DNA of 64,000 nucleotides from an uncultured virus (IMG/VR IMGVR_UViG_3300001605_000028) (lineage: Duplodnaviria > Heunggongvirae > Uroviricota > Caudoviricetes), in IMG/VR virus record IMGVR_UViG_3300001605_000028; one strand, given 5' to 3'. Under the pieces are notes generated by a model. The model saw nothing but the letters and a program-made list of their open reading frames with translations. It had not been told where the DNA came from and ran no database searches. Positions 40,590 through 50,183 of this stretch are shown one piece after another. The position numbers were made by a program, and so were the translations under genes. Numbering within the stretch: position 1 is the first letter of the stretch; every line of letters starts with the position of its first letter.

Positions 40590-43500
40590 ATGGCAAAGAA
40601 AAAAATTAATAATTATGTGTTTAGACCGGGTATAAGTTTTAACGGAAGCTTTGCTCCTAGCGCATATACTTCTATCGAAAATAATAAAGATTTTCTAAAA
40701 AAGGAAGCAGCAGGATATATTAATAGGCGTGTGGCTGTAGATACACCGTTAAACTTTTTTCCAAATGCTGTACGGTTATTAACTGATAATAAAGAGTTTT
40801 TAATCAACGAAATATCTGCCTATATCGCAGAACAAGTTGCTCTAGATGCTCCGCCGTTCAATGGTTATACCTATGATAATGCTAAATGTCTAAGAGATTC
40901 TGGATATATCGTCGATGCCCTTATACACGATATTCGATATGGTGGTAACGAGGAAATTAGAACTGTAGTAGCTAACTATTGGATTAATGATATTCCTCAA
41001 ATTGACGGAAATCGATTAGCTGAGGTAGCCGCATACACATTCTTAAAAGATCTAGTTGTTAATTATGTGTTACCAGGCAATCCCGCCACTGCAAAGCAAG
41101 ATCCGATTGTTTACGCTCAGACAATCATTGGACCTTTCGCAGAGTTTTACACTGACACTAAAGCTGGGGAACTTATAGACATTGCTATAGATGTTATAGA
41201 AAATGGTTTATCAGCAATTCCCCCTATCCAGTATAAAGCAGCTACATTTGAAAATTATACCTATAACTCTTCCAAGTGCGAACGAGACCTAGGCTATGTT
41301 CTAGATGCGTATCTACATGATCTTCGCTACGATGGAAACGAGCAGACTAGAATTGTTGTTTCAAAATACTACGATCAAGATACACTTCAAGTTGACGGTA
41401 GTGGTCAAGCAGAAGTAGAGACTCATAGATTTATCCGAACTAGAATAAACGATAATATTATCACTAACGTATTAGGAACAGAACAATTTCCAGAAGCAGT
41501 AAGACTGCTGACTGCCAATAAATCGTTTTTACAAAACGAAGTTACCGCGTTTATTGATAACGAAGTTAATGATGCTGCTAAATGCGAACGCGATATCGGG
41601 TATCTACTCGATGGAGTTCAATATGATGTGGTATTAGGCACAAACTACAATGCTATATTTTTAGGACTTGCCGAGTATAATTCTTTAGATATTTCTGATC
41701 TAGTAGTTTATACGATAGAAAACACCAAGGCAGAAGTTGGAGAATTAAGTGCTGTAGCATCTAATCCTACAGCGCTGAATAGATCGAATGCGTTTTTTGA
41801 CGAAGTAATTGATATCGCTACCAATGGTAGATCTGCAGCCAACGTGCTGTCTTTTCCTAATCCTACTTCGGGAACGGCGTTAGCTAGTAGAATAGCAGCG
41901 AAAGATCTGTTAATCGCTAACAAGAATTTTATCACAACTGAGATCAATGCGTGGGTTGATCAAATATATCCAGACCATGACCATGACGAATCAAAATGTA
42001 CTAGAGACATCAACTATGCTATAGATTCTCTGTGCTACGATATTCTATACGGCGGCAACTCAGCTACGTATGATAATGCTAGATTCTTCTTCTACTTTGA
42101 TGAAGCAAATAATCCCGGCATTGATCCGACACACAAAGATCAGACAGTTGCTGCATATGGAAGATTAAAATTAATTGTTGGACAGATTGTTCAAAATCAA
42201 ACAGTATTAAAAAGCAGCGGAAATCAATTACAACAGATAGTCGGTTCAACAGCAGCCGACGCAACAGAAGCCACAGTATTACAAACTCTCTGCCAAATTT
42301 TTGCTGACGTTGTTGATCAAGGCGAATCAGCCTTGCCCGGAACAAAAATATTTCCTTCATTAACATGGCCTAGCGTGTCTTTGTTAAATGCTCGGTCGTC
42401 AATAGTAGCAAATAAAAATGATATTATAGACTCTGTGGTAATTTTTAAAAATTACACGTTTAATTCCGATAAGTGTCAACGAGATGCTGGATATATTATT
42501 GATTCATATATCTACGATTTGAGGTTCGGCGGCAACGAAGAAACTGTACAGACCGTTACAAAATATTTTGTTGACGGTATCGCACAAGTTGACGGTAATC
42601 GTAGAGCTGAAGTAGCAGCCCACCGATTTATAAGAGATCATATTATTGATTACGTACTGACAAGATTACCAGCTAGGGTNGAACAATCACCAGTAGCATT
42701 TGTCCAGAATACCGCAGCTCCAAGCAGCGAAGCAGGAGCATTTGACAGAATTTTAGAATTAACAAATATTGTAATTTCAGTTATCGANAACGGATTANNA
42801 GCAGTNCCTGNNCTCAAATACAGAGCTGCTCCTTANCAGTCAATTGCTAGTCAANTNGTTGATNCTACNCTCCANCCAGAAACNTATGCTTTTGATAAAA
42901 TTGAGGAGCTGTCAGAAATTTTATTTGACGTAGTCCTNGGCGGGTTATCGGCATTGCCAGCTGAACAACCAGCATCCTACGGTAAAATNAAATTTCAAGG
43001 TAGGGCAGATAGCACTGACCTGTTATTGATTACTAATACCACATCAAATCGAATAATCTACAATTTTACTAACCCCGACACAGGCGGTGAGGTTACTGTC
43101 AGTGACGACGATGACAGCGATTTTGTTACATTCCTACAAACTTCAGACGGTGTAACAACTATTCACTTATTCTCCGATACATCGACAATGTCGGCAGATG
43201 ACAATGTTCAAATATTTGTAGAAACTCCGGAATTAGCAGTCCGGCCATATGACTTTGGTACAGATGCTATTGAACGTATGCGTGTAGCTCAACCTCAGGC
43301 CATGCTTGATGCTGACTTTGAATACGGTCTTCAACCAACTAAGTGGCAGGCAATAGCTACCTTGCGAGGGTATCCTAGTATATTTGAGATTCCAGGAACT
43401 GACTTAGACGTAGTAACCGTAGTTACAGATGCGTCTATAGGAACAGAAGGCATTGGTGGATCGTTAATAACGGTAACTGCGGCATCGCCCCATGGATATA

Positions 43501-46500
43501 CCATAGGTACTCCGATAACTATCAGGGGACTTGATCCAGCAATTCCAGGCGCAAGAGCCGAAGGTTCATTTGTAGTTGTGTCAATTCCAACAAATAGATC
43601 TTTCACATATTATGCTAAAGCAAAAACAGGTTCGACACCTGGAACTCAAATACAAACAACATATACACAGGTAAGACAAGGCGGCTTTTATACCGGAGCT
43701 GAGATTGGAACTCCTACATTTTCTCTGTTAAGTAACGGTAGTAGCGGATCTTTTACAACAGTGTTTACTGCTCCGGTATCAACTAATCGATTAGCTTTTA
43801 CTGGAATTGCGCCTGAAATCGGAGCTCCGATAACAGGAACTGGAATAAATCCAGGAACACAGATTACCGCAGTAGTGGGGTCAGGAGGCATAGTTACAAC
43901 TCCTGTAGTTGTGGGCGACTTTACAGTTGGTCAATCGTTAATCACGTTACAGAGCACATCAGGAGTAGTAGCTGGCCTTACTCTAGATTCTGGTAATGGT
44001 ACAGTAACAGCGATTAATTCAATAACTGATTCAAACATTAATCTTACTAGACCGTTAACAGCAACTATACGCGGTAATATAGCATCATACGCATCTCTTT
44101 CAGGAACAAGTTTAACCGGGCAAGGCACTGGCGCTACGCTAACAGTGGTCAAAGCCGATACTACTACATATATTAGTGCTACAGTTACGTTAGCAGGTTA
44201 CGGATATGTCGTCGGGGACAGCCTAAGGGTGTTAGGATCAAATCTCGGCGGAGCATCACCGGCGAACGATTTGATTGTAACAGTAACCGGTGTTCAATCT
44301 GGTTCTGTGTTAGTATTAGACGATTATGCAGTAAACGGCGGCTCCGGTTCGGGACTAATTGTGGATGTCACTCGTAACAACACTAACGGAGAATATACGG
44401 TAACTATTGTCAACGGCGGAATCGACTATCAGTTAACTGATACATTTACTATTCTTGGAACATTGCTAGGGGGCACAAGTCCGTTACACAATATATCGTT
44501 GAGCGTGACTGCTAGAACAGATCCAGGAGGAACCATTACAGGCATCGATGCTATCGGTGTTGGTATTTCCGGACTACTGTCAACAGTTGATATCACATCG
44601 GGCGTAGCTAATCCCACAGCTAATCAAACAATTACCAATGTTAACAATACCGTGTATTCTACTAATACTGTGTCTGGTATTGGTGCTGTGTTTACTGTGG
44701 CACGTATTGGCTCAGTTTATAATGCCACAGTGACCAATGCTGGCAGCGATTACCTTGCTGGCGAAATATTTACAGTATTAGGAACAGCATTTACTAATGG
44801 ATCAACACCAACCAATGATCTAACCATTACTGTTAGCACAGTAGCTAAATCCTATACTGGAGTGACTCAGAGCTCTACATCTGGAAGCGGAGCCGGAGCA
44901 ACATTTAATATAACTCGAACAGGCAGTGTTTATTCGATCACAATGACTGACCCGGGCGTTAATTATGCCGCAGCAGGAACTATCACAATTTTAGGTAGCA
45001 TATTAGGCGGTAGCGATAGCACTAATGATTTAACAATCACTATAGGAACTGTCGGCAGTATTGGAGAAATTTTAACCTTTACATTTAGTGGTACAGCAGC
45101 TGGAGCGGGCAGTATAGCAACGGTGTCAGTTTCGGGCACTGGAAATAATCTACAAACTTATACCGGCTTAATACCGCTCAACGTAGCAGCACCGGGCACA
45201 GGAGCAATATTTTCAGTGACTAGAAGTCTAGGTACGTATTCGTCAGTGATAATTTCTAATGGCGGTATAAATTATCGTTCAGGAAATAGGTTATCGATTG
45301 CTGGAACATTATTAGGAGGCACAACACCAACTAATAATCTAATTCTTACTGTTAACAGCGTAGCAGCACTAACCGGCGAAATAACCGGGGTTACAGTATC
45401 ACCTAGCTCTGTAGCAACTAGCGGAGTCACACTTGATCTGTATTCAGCAGTAACTCTAGGTGAAGTTACAGTCGCTACCGTTCCAAATAGTACAACAGTA
45501 ACTTACTCGTCTTTGGCAACGCTTAGAATTGATTTTTCAGCGCCACACGGTATTCTGCCAGGTAGTAGTTTTATAGTAACTCCAACATCTGATAATGGAG
45601 TAAACAATCATGTACTAGCTGGAGGATCATATTCTGCTACCTCAGTTCCTACTGAAACTTCGTTAACATATCAAGCGAGAGCACCTGGAGTGATTAGTGG
45701 AACAATATCAGGTAAAGTCTATGCAAGACCAGACAGCTTCTTCAGTCATAGACCATTCGACGGTGGTGTTCAGCTAGGTACAGGCGGTCCACAGCATGGC
45801 GCTCAGGCGATTCGCCAGAGTAAAAAGTATATTCGGTACCAATCTGGTAAGGGTGCTATGTATACAACCGGAGCGTTATTTGCTCCAAGTTACGACATAC
45901 AATACATCGAATCAACTGGTATCGAAGTTGGGTCGACGATAACTATCACTCTTGATGAAAATGATCATGGACTACAAGTTGACGCTGAAATCAGAATCAC
46001 TGGTGTTAGCACAGCCGGTTATAACGGCGACTATGTTGTTGATGAAATTATAACCGAACGGATATTTACAGTTATTGCCACAAGACGTTTAGGATCTAAG
46101 ATACCAATTTTAGACTTTAGTTGCCAAGTGTCTACGCTAAGATGGCAAGGAGCCGTTGTGCGGGCAGGAGTATTTGACGATCAAAACGGAATTTTTTGGG
46201 AGTACGACGGTAACGAATTAGCTGTGGTACAACGGACTTCTACACGCCAATTAGCTGGAACTATTTCCATTAATCCCGGCAGTACTATAGTAACCGGCGC
46301 TAACACTAGATTTAGAGATCAAGTCAAAGCTGGAGATGCTGTTGTGATACGTGGAATGACCCACGTGATTACTAAGGTTACTAGTCAAACAACAATGAAT
46401 GTAGCCCCAGATTTTAGGGGAGTTAACCCGGTAGTGGGGGCAAAAATCTGTCTTGTATTTGATAAGAGAGTCCCCCAGAGTCAGTTCAATCTTGATCGAT

Positions 46501-48677
46501 TAGACGGAACCGGCAATAGTGGATACGAGCTTGATATTACAAAAATGCAGATGATCGGTATTCAATTTAGCTGGTATGGTGCTGGCTTTATTGATTTTAT
46601 GTTAAGGGGAGCCAACGGTAACTTTGTGTTTGCTCATAGAATGAGGAACTCAAACATTAACTCCGAAGCTTACATGAGAACCGGTAACTTACCTGTTCGA
46701 TATGAAGTATCAAACTATGGTGCTACTGCTAGGTTAATGAGTGATGCTACGAATATCGCAACAACATTGATGCTAGACGATGCATCGACATTTCCTAATT
46801 CTGGAATTGTTTATGTTGATAATGAATTAATAGCATATTCTGGAAAAACAGCAACTAGCCTAACAGGCTGTACTAGAAGTGCTACACTAACAAACTTCCA
46901 GTCAGGAGCAGCTAGATCATATACAGCAGGGATAGCCGAAGCCCACTCAGAAAGAACTGGAGTTATTCTAGTATCTAACACATGTACACCGTTGATCAGT
47001 CACTGGGGTTCAGCGTTCTTGATTGATGGGTTGTTTGATGAAGACCGAGGTTATATTTTCAGTTATACTTCGACTGGTAACAGTATCACGACAACTAAGA
47101 AAACGGTATTCTTAATTCGACTGGCTCCAAGTGTATCGAACGCTGTAGTTGGTGATCTAGGCGATCGAGAATTGCTAAACAGAGCGCAATTACTTTTGAA
47201 TCAAATATCAATTACGTCCGACACAGGAACAGGCGGTATCGTTATTGAGGGAGTGATTAATCCTCAGAATTATCCTGCTAATCCTGGAGATATTTCTTGG
47301 GGTAAACTAAGCGGACTTGCTCAGGGTGGTCAGCCAAGCTTTGCGCAGATTGCTCCGGGTGGTTCTGTAAACTGGAACGGAGGAGCGTCTACAACTACAA
47401 GTACTGCTACTACACTGGCAACACTGAGTGGTACTGTTTCGGTCCCAACAGGAACTGCTTTTAATAGAGCATCAGGAACAACAATTTTTTATTCAACAAG
47501 AACCAGCTGGGATACTCTTGGTGCTGAGGTTGGACAGATAATCGCCGATGCTAAATTTCCGTCAGGTACTACAATAACGGCTAGAGCAGATAGCCCTGCC
47601 CCAACTGCCATAGCATTACCAACATTAAGCGGCACTGCTGTTGTACCAAATAGTAATGATTTTAGACGTTTTGTTCCGACTAACGTATTATATATTTTAA
47701 GATCTAGTTGGGAAGCACTAGCAGGGTCAACTACAGTAACTGATATCAGGATCAATGATTTTAGATACCCTGCCGACACCACAGTGTTAGCAGTCACTGG
47801 TCCAGCAAGTTTCGGAGGATTTCAATACTATACACTAACATTGAGTCAAAACAACATTCAGTTTGTAGATAGAAACGTCTCTATAGGTTTTGAGTTTGCT
47901 GGTCAAAGACCATTAGGATCTACTAAAGTTTGGTTTACACAATCATCTTGGACTGCCCTACCAGTTGACATAGTGGCTGGTCAGACAACTAATGATCCTA
48001 AGTTTACCACAGGTACACAGGTATCATCAATCTCCGCTCTAAGATCTTTTGCCGGCCAGGGGTATTACGAAGTAAACTTCAATCAGGGTAGCACTGCGCT
48101 GATCTCGGCCGGCGGCACAGTAACATTTAATACTACATTGTATTATACGATTACAGTTAATAGAGCGTCAACGGCTGCGGTTAACGGTGGAGCCACAGTA
48201 ACATTAAGCCTTCCTGCTCCAACAACCACTACCAGCTTCTTATACTTTGGCAGAACAAGTTGGGACAACTCCGGTGCTGCAGCCAACACTGAAGTGTCGC
48301 CAACTGATGTTAAGTTTCCGGCAAACACTCGCGTATTATCTGTAAGCGGTATTAAAACGTTTGCTGGGACACAATACTATCAAGTGTCATTTACTCAGTC
48401 TTCGACTACAACTATTAGCGGCGGCTCAACAGTAACATTCCAGTTTGGACAACCAGCATATGCTCTACCAGGGGAAACAGTATTCTCGTTCATTACTAAT
48501 CCAGGTGCTAGTGATTCGTTGGTACTAACTGAGTTGAAAGAGTTAACAACTACTTCGCTAGGTGGCCGCGGCACATTTCCAAATGGTCCTGACGTTTTGG
48601 CTATTAACGTTTATAAGGTCGCAGGTGCGGCGGTTAACGCCAATATTATCCTACGCTGGTCAGAAGCGCAAGCCTAA
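40590..48677 (+). CDS. giant virion structural protein (2695 aa): five phycobiliprotein/globin-like helical repeats, Gly/Thr beta repeats and a lectin-like C-terminal region
   Basis: K-C-x-R-D-x-x-Y repeats; DADFEYGLQPTKW; G-x-x-Y...LGG-x-x-P-x-N-D-L repeats; RYQSGKG...GVFDDQNG...SWYGAG. Confidence 0.8.
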   Translation: MAKKKINNYVFRPGISFNGSFAPSAYTSIENNKDFLKKEAAGYINRRVAVDTPLNFFPNAVRLLTDNKEFLINEISAYIAEQVALDAPPFNGYTYDNAKCLRDSGYIVDALIHDIRYGGNEEIRTVVANYWINDIPQIDGNRLAEVAAYTFLKDLVVNYVLPGNPATAKQDPIVYAQTIIGPFAEFYTDTKAGELIDIAIDVIENGLSAIPPIQYKAATFENYTYNSSKCERDLGYVLDAYLHDLRYDGNEQTRIVVSKYYDQDTLQVDGSGQAEVETHRFIRTRINDNIITNVLGTEQFPEAVRLLTANKSFLQNEVTAFIDNEVNDAAKCERDIGYLLDGVQYDVVLGTNYNAIFLGLAEYNSLDISDLVVYTIENTKAEVGELSAVASNPTALNRSNAFFDEVIDIATNGRSAANVLSFPNPTSGTALASRIAAKDLLIANKNFITTEINAWVDQIYPDHDHDESKCTRDINYAIDSLCYDILYGGNSATYDNARFFFYFDEANNPGIDPTHKDQTVAAYGRLKLIVGQIVQNQTVLKSSGNQLQQIVGSTAADATEATVLQTLCQIFADVVDQGESALPGTKIFPSLTWPSVSLLNARSSIVANKNDIIDSVVIFKNYTFNSDKCQRDAGYIIDSYIYDLRFGGNEETVQTVTKYFVDGIAQVDGNRRAEVAAHRFIRDHIIDYVLTRLPARXEQSPVAFVQNTAAPSSEAGAFDRILELTNIVISVIXNGLXAXPXLKYRAAPXQSIASQXVDXXLXPEXYAFDKIEELSEILFDVVXGGLSALPAEQPASYGKXKFQGRADSTDLLLITNTTSNRIIYNFTNPDTGGEVTVSDDDDSDFVTFLQTSDGVTTIHLFSDTSTMSADDNVQIFVETPELAVRPYDFGTDAIERMRVAQPQAMLDADFEYGLQPTKWQAIATLRGYPSIFEIPGTDLDVVTVVTDASIGTEGIGGSLITVTAASPHGYTIGTPITIRGLDPAIPGARAEGSFVVVSIPTNRSFTYYAKAKTGSTPGTQIQTTYTQVRQGGFYTGAEIGTPTFSLLSNGSSGSFTTVFTAPVSTNRLAFTGIAPEIGAPITGTGINPGTQITAVVGSGGIVTTPVVVGDFTVGQSLITLQSTSGVVAGLTLDSGNGTVTAINSITDSNINLTRPLTATIRGNIASYASLSGTSLTGQGTGATLTVVKADTTTYISATVTLAGYGYVVGDSLRVLGSNLGGASPANDLIVTVTGVQSGSVLVLDDYAVNGGSGSGLIVDVTRNNTNGEYTVTIVNGGIDYQLTDTFTILGTLLGGTSPLHNISLSVTARTDPGGTITGIDAIGVGISGLLSTVDITSGVANPTANQTITNVNNTVYSTNTVSGIGAVFTVARIGSVYNATVTNAGSDYLAGEIFTVLGTAFTNGSTPTNDLTITVSTVAKSYTGVTQSSTSGSGAGATFNITRTGSVYSITMTDPGVNYAAAGTITILGSILGGSDSTNDLTITIGTVGSIGEILTFTFSGTAAGAGSIATVSVSGTGNNLQTYTGLIPLNVAAPGTGAIFSVTRSLGTYSSVIISNGGINYRSGNRLSIAGTLLGGTTPTNNLILTVNSVAALTGEITGVTVSPSSVATSGVTLDLYSAVTLGEVTVATVPNSTTVTYSSLATLRIDFSAPHGILPGSSFIVTPTSDNGVNNHVLAGGSYSATSVPTETSLTYQARAPGVISGTISGKVYARPDSFFSHRPFDGGVQLGTGGPQHGAQAIRQSKKYIRYQSGKGAMYTTGALFAPSYDIQYIESTGIEVGSTITITLDENDHGLQVDAEIRITGVSTAGYNGDYVVDEIITERIFTVIATRRLGSKIPILDFSCQVSTLRWQGAVVRAGVFDDQNGIFWEYDGNELAVVQRTSTRQLAGTISINPGSTIVTGANTRFRDQVKAGDAVVIRGMTHVITKVTSQTTMNVAPDFRGVNPVVGAKICLVFDKRVPQSQFNLDRLDGTGNSGYELDITKMQMIGIQFSWYGAGFIDFMLRGANGNFVFAHRMRNSNINSEAYMRTGNLPVRYEVSNYGATARLMSDATNIATTLMLDDASTFPNSGIVYVDNELIAYSGKTATSLTGCTRSATLTNFQSGAARSYTAGIAEAHSERTGVILVSNTCTPLISHWGSAFLIDGLFDEDRGYIFSYTSTGNSITTTKKTVFLIRLAPSVSNAVVGDLGDRELLNRAQLLLNQISITSDTGTGGIVIEGVINPQNYPANPGDISWGKLSGLAQGGQPSFAQIAPGGSVNWNGGASTTTSTATTLATLSGTVSVPTGTAFNRASGTTIFYSTRTSWDTLGAEVGQIIADAKFPSGTTITARADSPAPTAIALPTLSGTAVVPNSNDFRRFVPTNVLYILRSSWEALAGSTTVTDIRINDFRYPADTTVLAVTGPASFGGFQYYTLTLSQNNIQFVDRNVSIGFEFAGQRPLGSTKVWFTQSSWTALPVDIVAGQTTNDPKFTTGTQVSSISALRSFAGQGYYEVNFNQGSTALISAGGTVTFNTTLYYTITVNRASTAAVNGGATVTLSLPAPTTTTSFLYFGRTSWDNSGAAANTEVSPTDVKFPANTRVLSVSGIKTFAGTQYYQVSFTQSSTTTISGGSTVTFQFGQPAYALPGETVFSFITNPGASDSLVLTELKELTTTSLGGRGTFPNGPDVLAINVYKVAGAAVNANIILRWSEAQA

Positions 48678-48681
48678 ACCG

Positions 48682-48716
48682 TTGACAAATTTTGGTTGTA
48701 CTGTATAATTACAGTA
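48682..48716 (+). promoter_or_regulatory. sigma70-type promoter with an overlapping palindrome, driving the ADP-heptose operon
   Basis: TTGACA 48682-48687, 16-nt spacer, TATAAT 48704-48709; palindrome TACTGTA-TAAT-TACAGTA 48699-48716; ATG at 48716. Confidence 0.75.
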
Positions 48717-49108
48717 TGATCAAAGTTTTTGTCAACGGCACTTTTGATATAATCCACTTCGGACATCTACAACTCCTAAACTATGCTCGCAGTTTAGGTG
48801 ACTCTCTCACGGTCGGTATAGACTCTGACGAGAGAGTCCGAGAGAAAAAAGGAGTATCACGGCCTATAAACAATGTTTGCGAACGGCAAGAATTACTGTT
48901 AAATCTCAAAGCAGTTGACCATGTCTACGTTTTCAATACTGATAGTGAATTGATTGATTTGATCAAGGATTGTGATATCATGGTAAAAGGTTCCGACTAT
49001 CGAGGAAAAAGTGTCATAGGCGAAACATATTGTAAAAATGTAATTTATTTTGACAGGTTAAATGAATACTCAAGCACAAAAAAAATACAAGATATTATTA
49101 ATCGGTGA
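48716..49108 (+). CDS. rfaE2: heptose-1-phosphate nucleotidyltransferase (RfaE domain II/HldC-like)
   Basis: VFVNGTFDIIHFGH, VGIDSD, KGVSRPIN, VKGSDY, YSSTKKI. Confidence 0.88.
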   Translation: MIKVFVNGTFDIIHFGHLQLLNYARSLGDSLTVGIDSDERVREKKGVSRPINNVCERQELLLNLKAVDHVYVFNTDSELIDLIKDCDIMVKGSDYRGKSVIGETYCKNVIYFDRLNEYSSTKKIQDIINR

Positions 49109-49811
49109 TGACTGTGTTGATGTTTATCGATACGGAACTGTTGAAAGAATCAGTCCCGAAGCGCCGGTGCCTGTATTCAAGTTTAGCTATGAAGAACATC
49201 GTCCAGGAATGGCTGGAAATGTAGCTAAGAATTTAGAAGCATTGGGTTGCGATGTAAATTATCTTCACGGCGAAACTACGACTAAGACCCGTCTTATTGA
49301 TCTTCACAGCAAGCAACATATCGTTAGAATAGACAATGATATAATTTCGCCACCGATTGAATTTGCGACATCGATACCTAAGATATACGATGCGATAGTG
49401 ATCAGCGACTACAATAAAGGATCAGTTAACTATGAGTTGATACGTGAAGCTATAGAAACACGAATTCCAGTTTTTGTTGATACTAAAAAAACAGATCTAG
49501 AACAGTTACAGGGTGCGTGGGTTAAGATAAATGATCTAGAATATAGTAAAATAAAAAGCGAGTGTTCTGGACTGATAGTAACACAGGGTGAGCGTGGTGC
49601 TAAGGTCGTACATCATGACATCGAAATTGCTGCCCCTAAAGTTGAAGTAGCAGACGTCACCGGAGCAGGTGATACATTTTTGGCTGCGTTGACTGTAGAA
49701 TATCTAAACACAAATAACATCGAACACGCTGTAAAGTTTGCTATCAAGGCAGCAAGCATTACAGTACAACATCTAGGAGTATATGCTCCTTCTATAGAGG
49801 AAATAATATGA
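49062..49811 (+). CDS. rfaE1: heptose-7-phosphate kinase (RfaE domain I/HldA-like, PfkB family)
   Basis: LIGD...RISPEAPVPV, GMAGNVAKNL, ISDYNKG, DVTGAGDTFLA. Confidence 0.88.
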   Translation: MNTQAQKKYKILLIGDDCVDVYRYGTVERISPEAPVPVFKFSYEEHRPGMAGNVAKNLEALGCDVNYLHGETTTKTRLIDLHSKQHIVRIDNDIISPPIEFATSIPKIYDAIVISDYNKGSVNYELIREAIETRIPVFVDTKKTDLEQLQGAWVKINDLEYSKIKSECSGLIVTQGERGAKVVHHDIEIAAPKVEVADVTGAGDTFLAALTVEYLNTNNIEHAVKFAIKAASITVQHLGVYAPSIEEII

Positions 49812-50183
49812 CACAGCTAACAGGCAAAGTAGACAAAGGTTGGGGCTATGAATTAATTTTCGCAACCACTGATCAATATTGTGGTAAGATTATGGTATTT
49901 GAAAAAGTCGGTGCTAAATTTAGCATGCACTTCCATAAAGAAAAAGATGAAACCNGGTTTTATAAATGACTGGAAAATTTAAAGTTACGATGGAATTGAC
50001 ACCAAAGACGACAACACTAGTACGTAAAAAGAACTTAAAGAAGGAGATGTATGGCATAACCCACCACTACAACCTCATCAGTTAGAAGCTATGGTTCCTA
50101 ACTCTATGATATTCGAAGTCAGCACAGCTGACTCAGTTGAAGACAATTATAGAATTATACCCGGAGATAGTCAAAAGAAATGA
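49808..50183 (+). CDS. cupin (mannose-6-phosphate isomerase-like), broken by indels at about 49955-50030; absent from the ORF track
   Basis: Manual translation: MTQLTGKVDKGWGYELIFATTDQYCGKIMVFEKVGAKFSMHFHKEKDET...LKEGDVWHNPPLQPHQLEAMVPNSMIFEVSTADSVEDNYRIIPGDSQKK*. Confidence 0.8.

Noticed and set aside
5270..43000. Diversity-generating retroelement target regions
   Set aside because: No reverse transcriptase and no template/variable repeat pair differing only at adenines is visible; many Ns are at synonymous sites
7879..48328. Many 60-190-aa antisense and alternate-frame ORFs inside the large structural genes
   Set aside because: Shadow ORFs caused by the codon bias of Thr/Val/Gly/Asn-rich genes; no RBS, promoters or recognisable motifs
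48699..48716. Canonical LexA SOS box
   Set aside because: The spacer is N6 rather than the required N8
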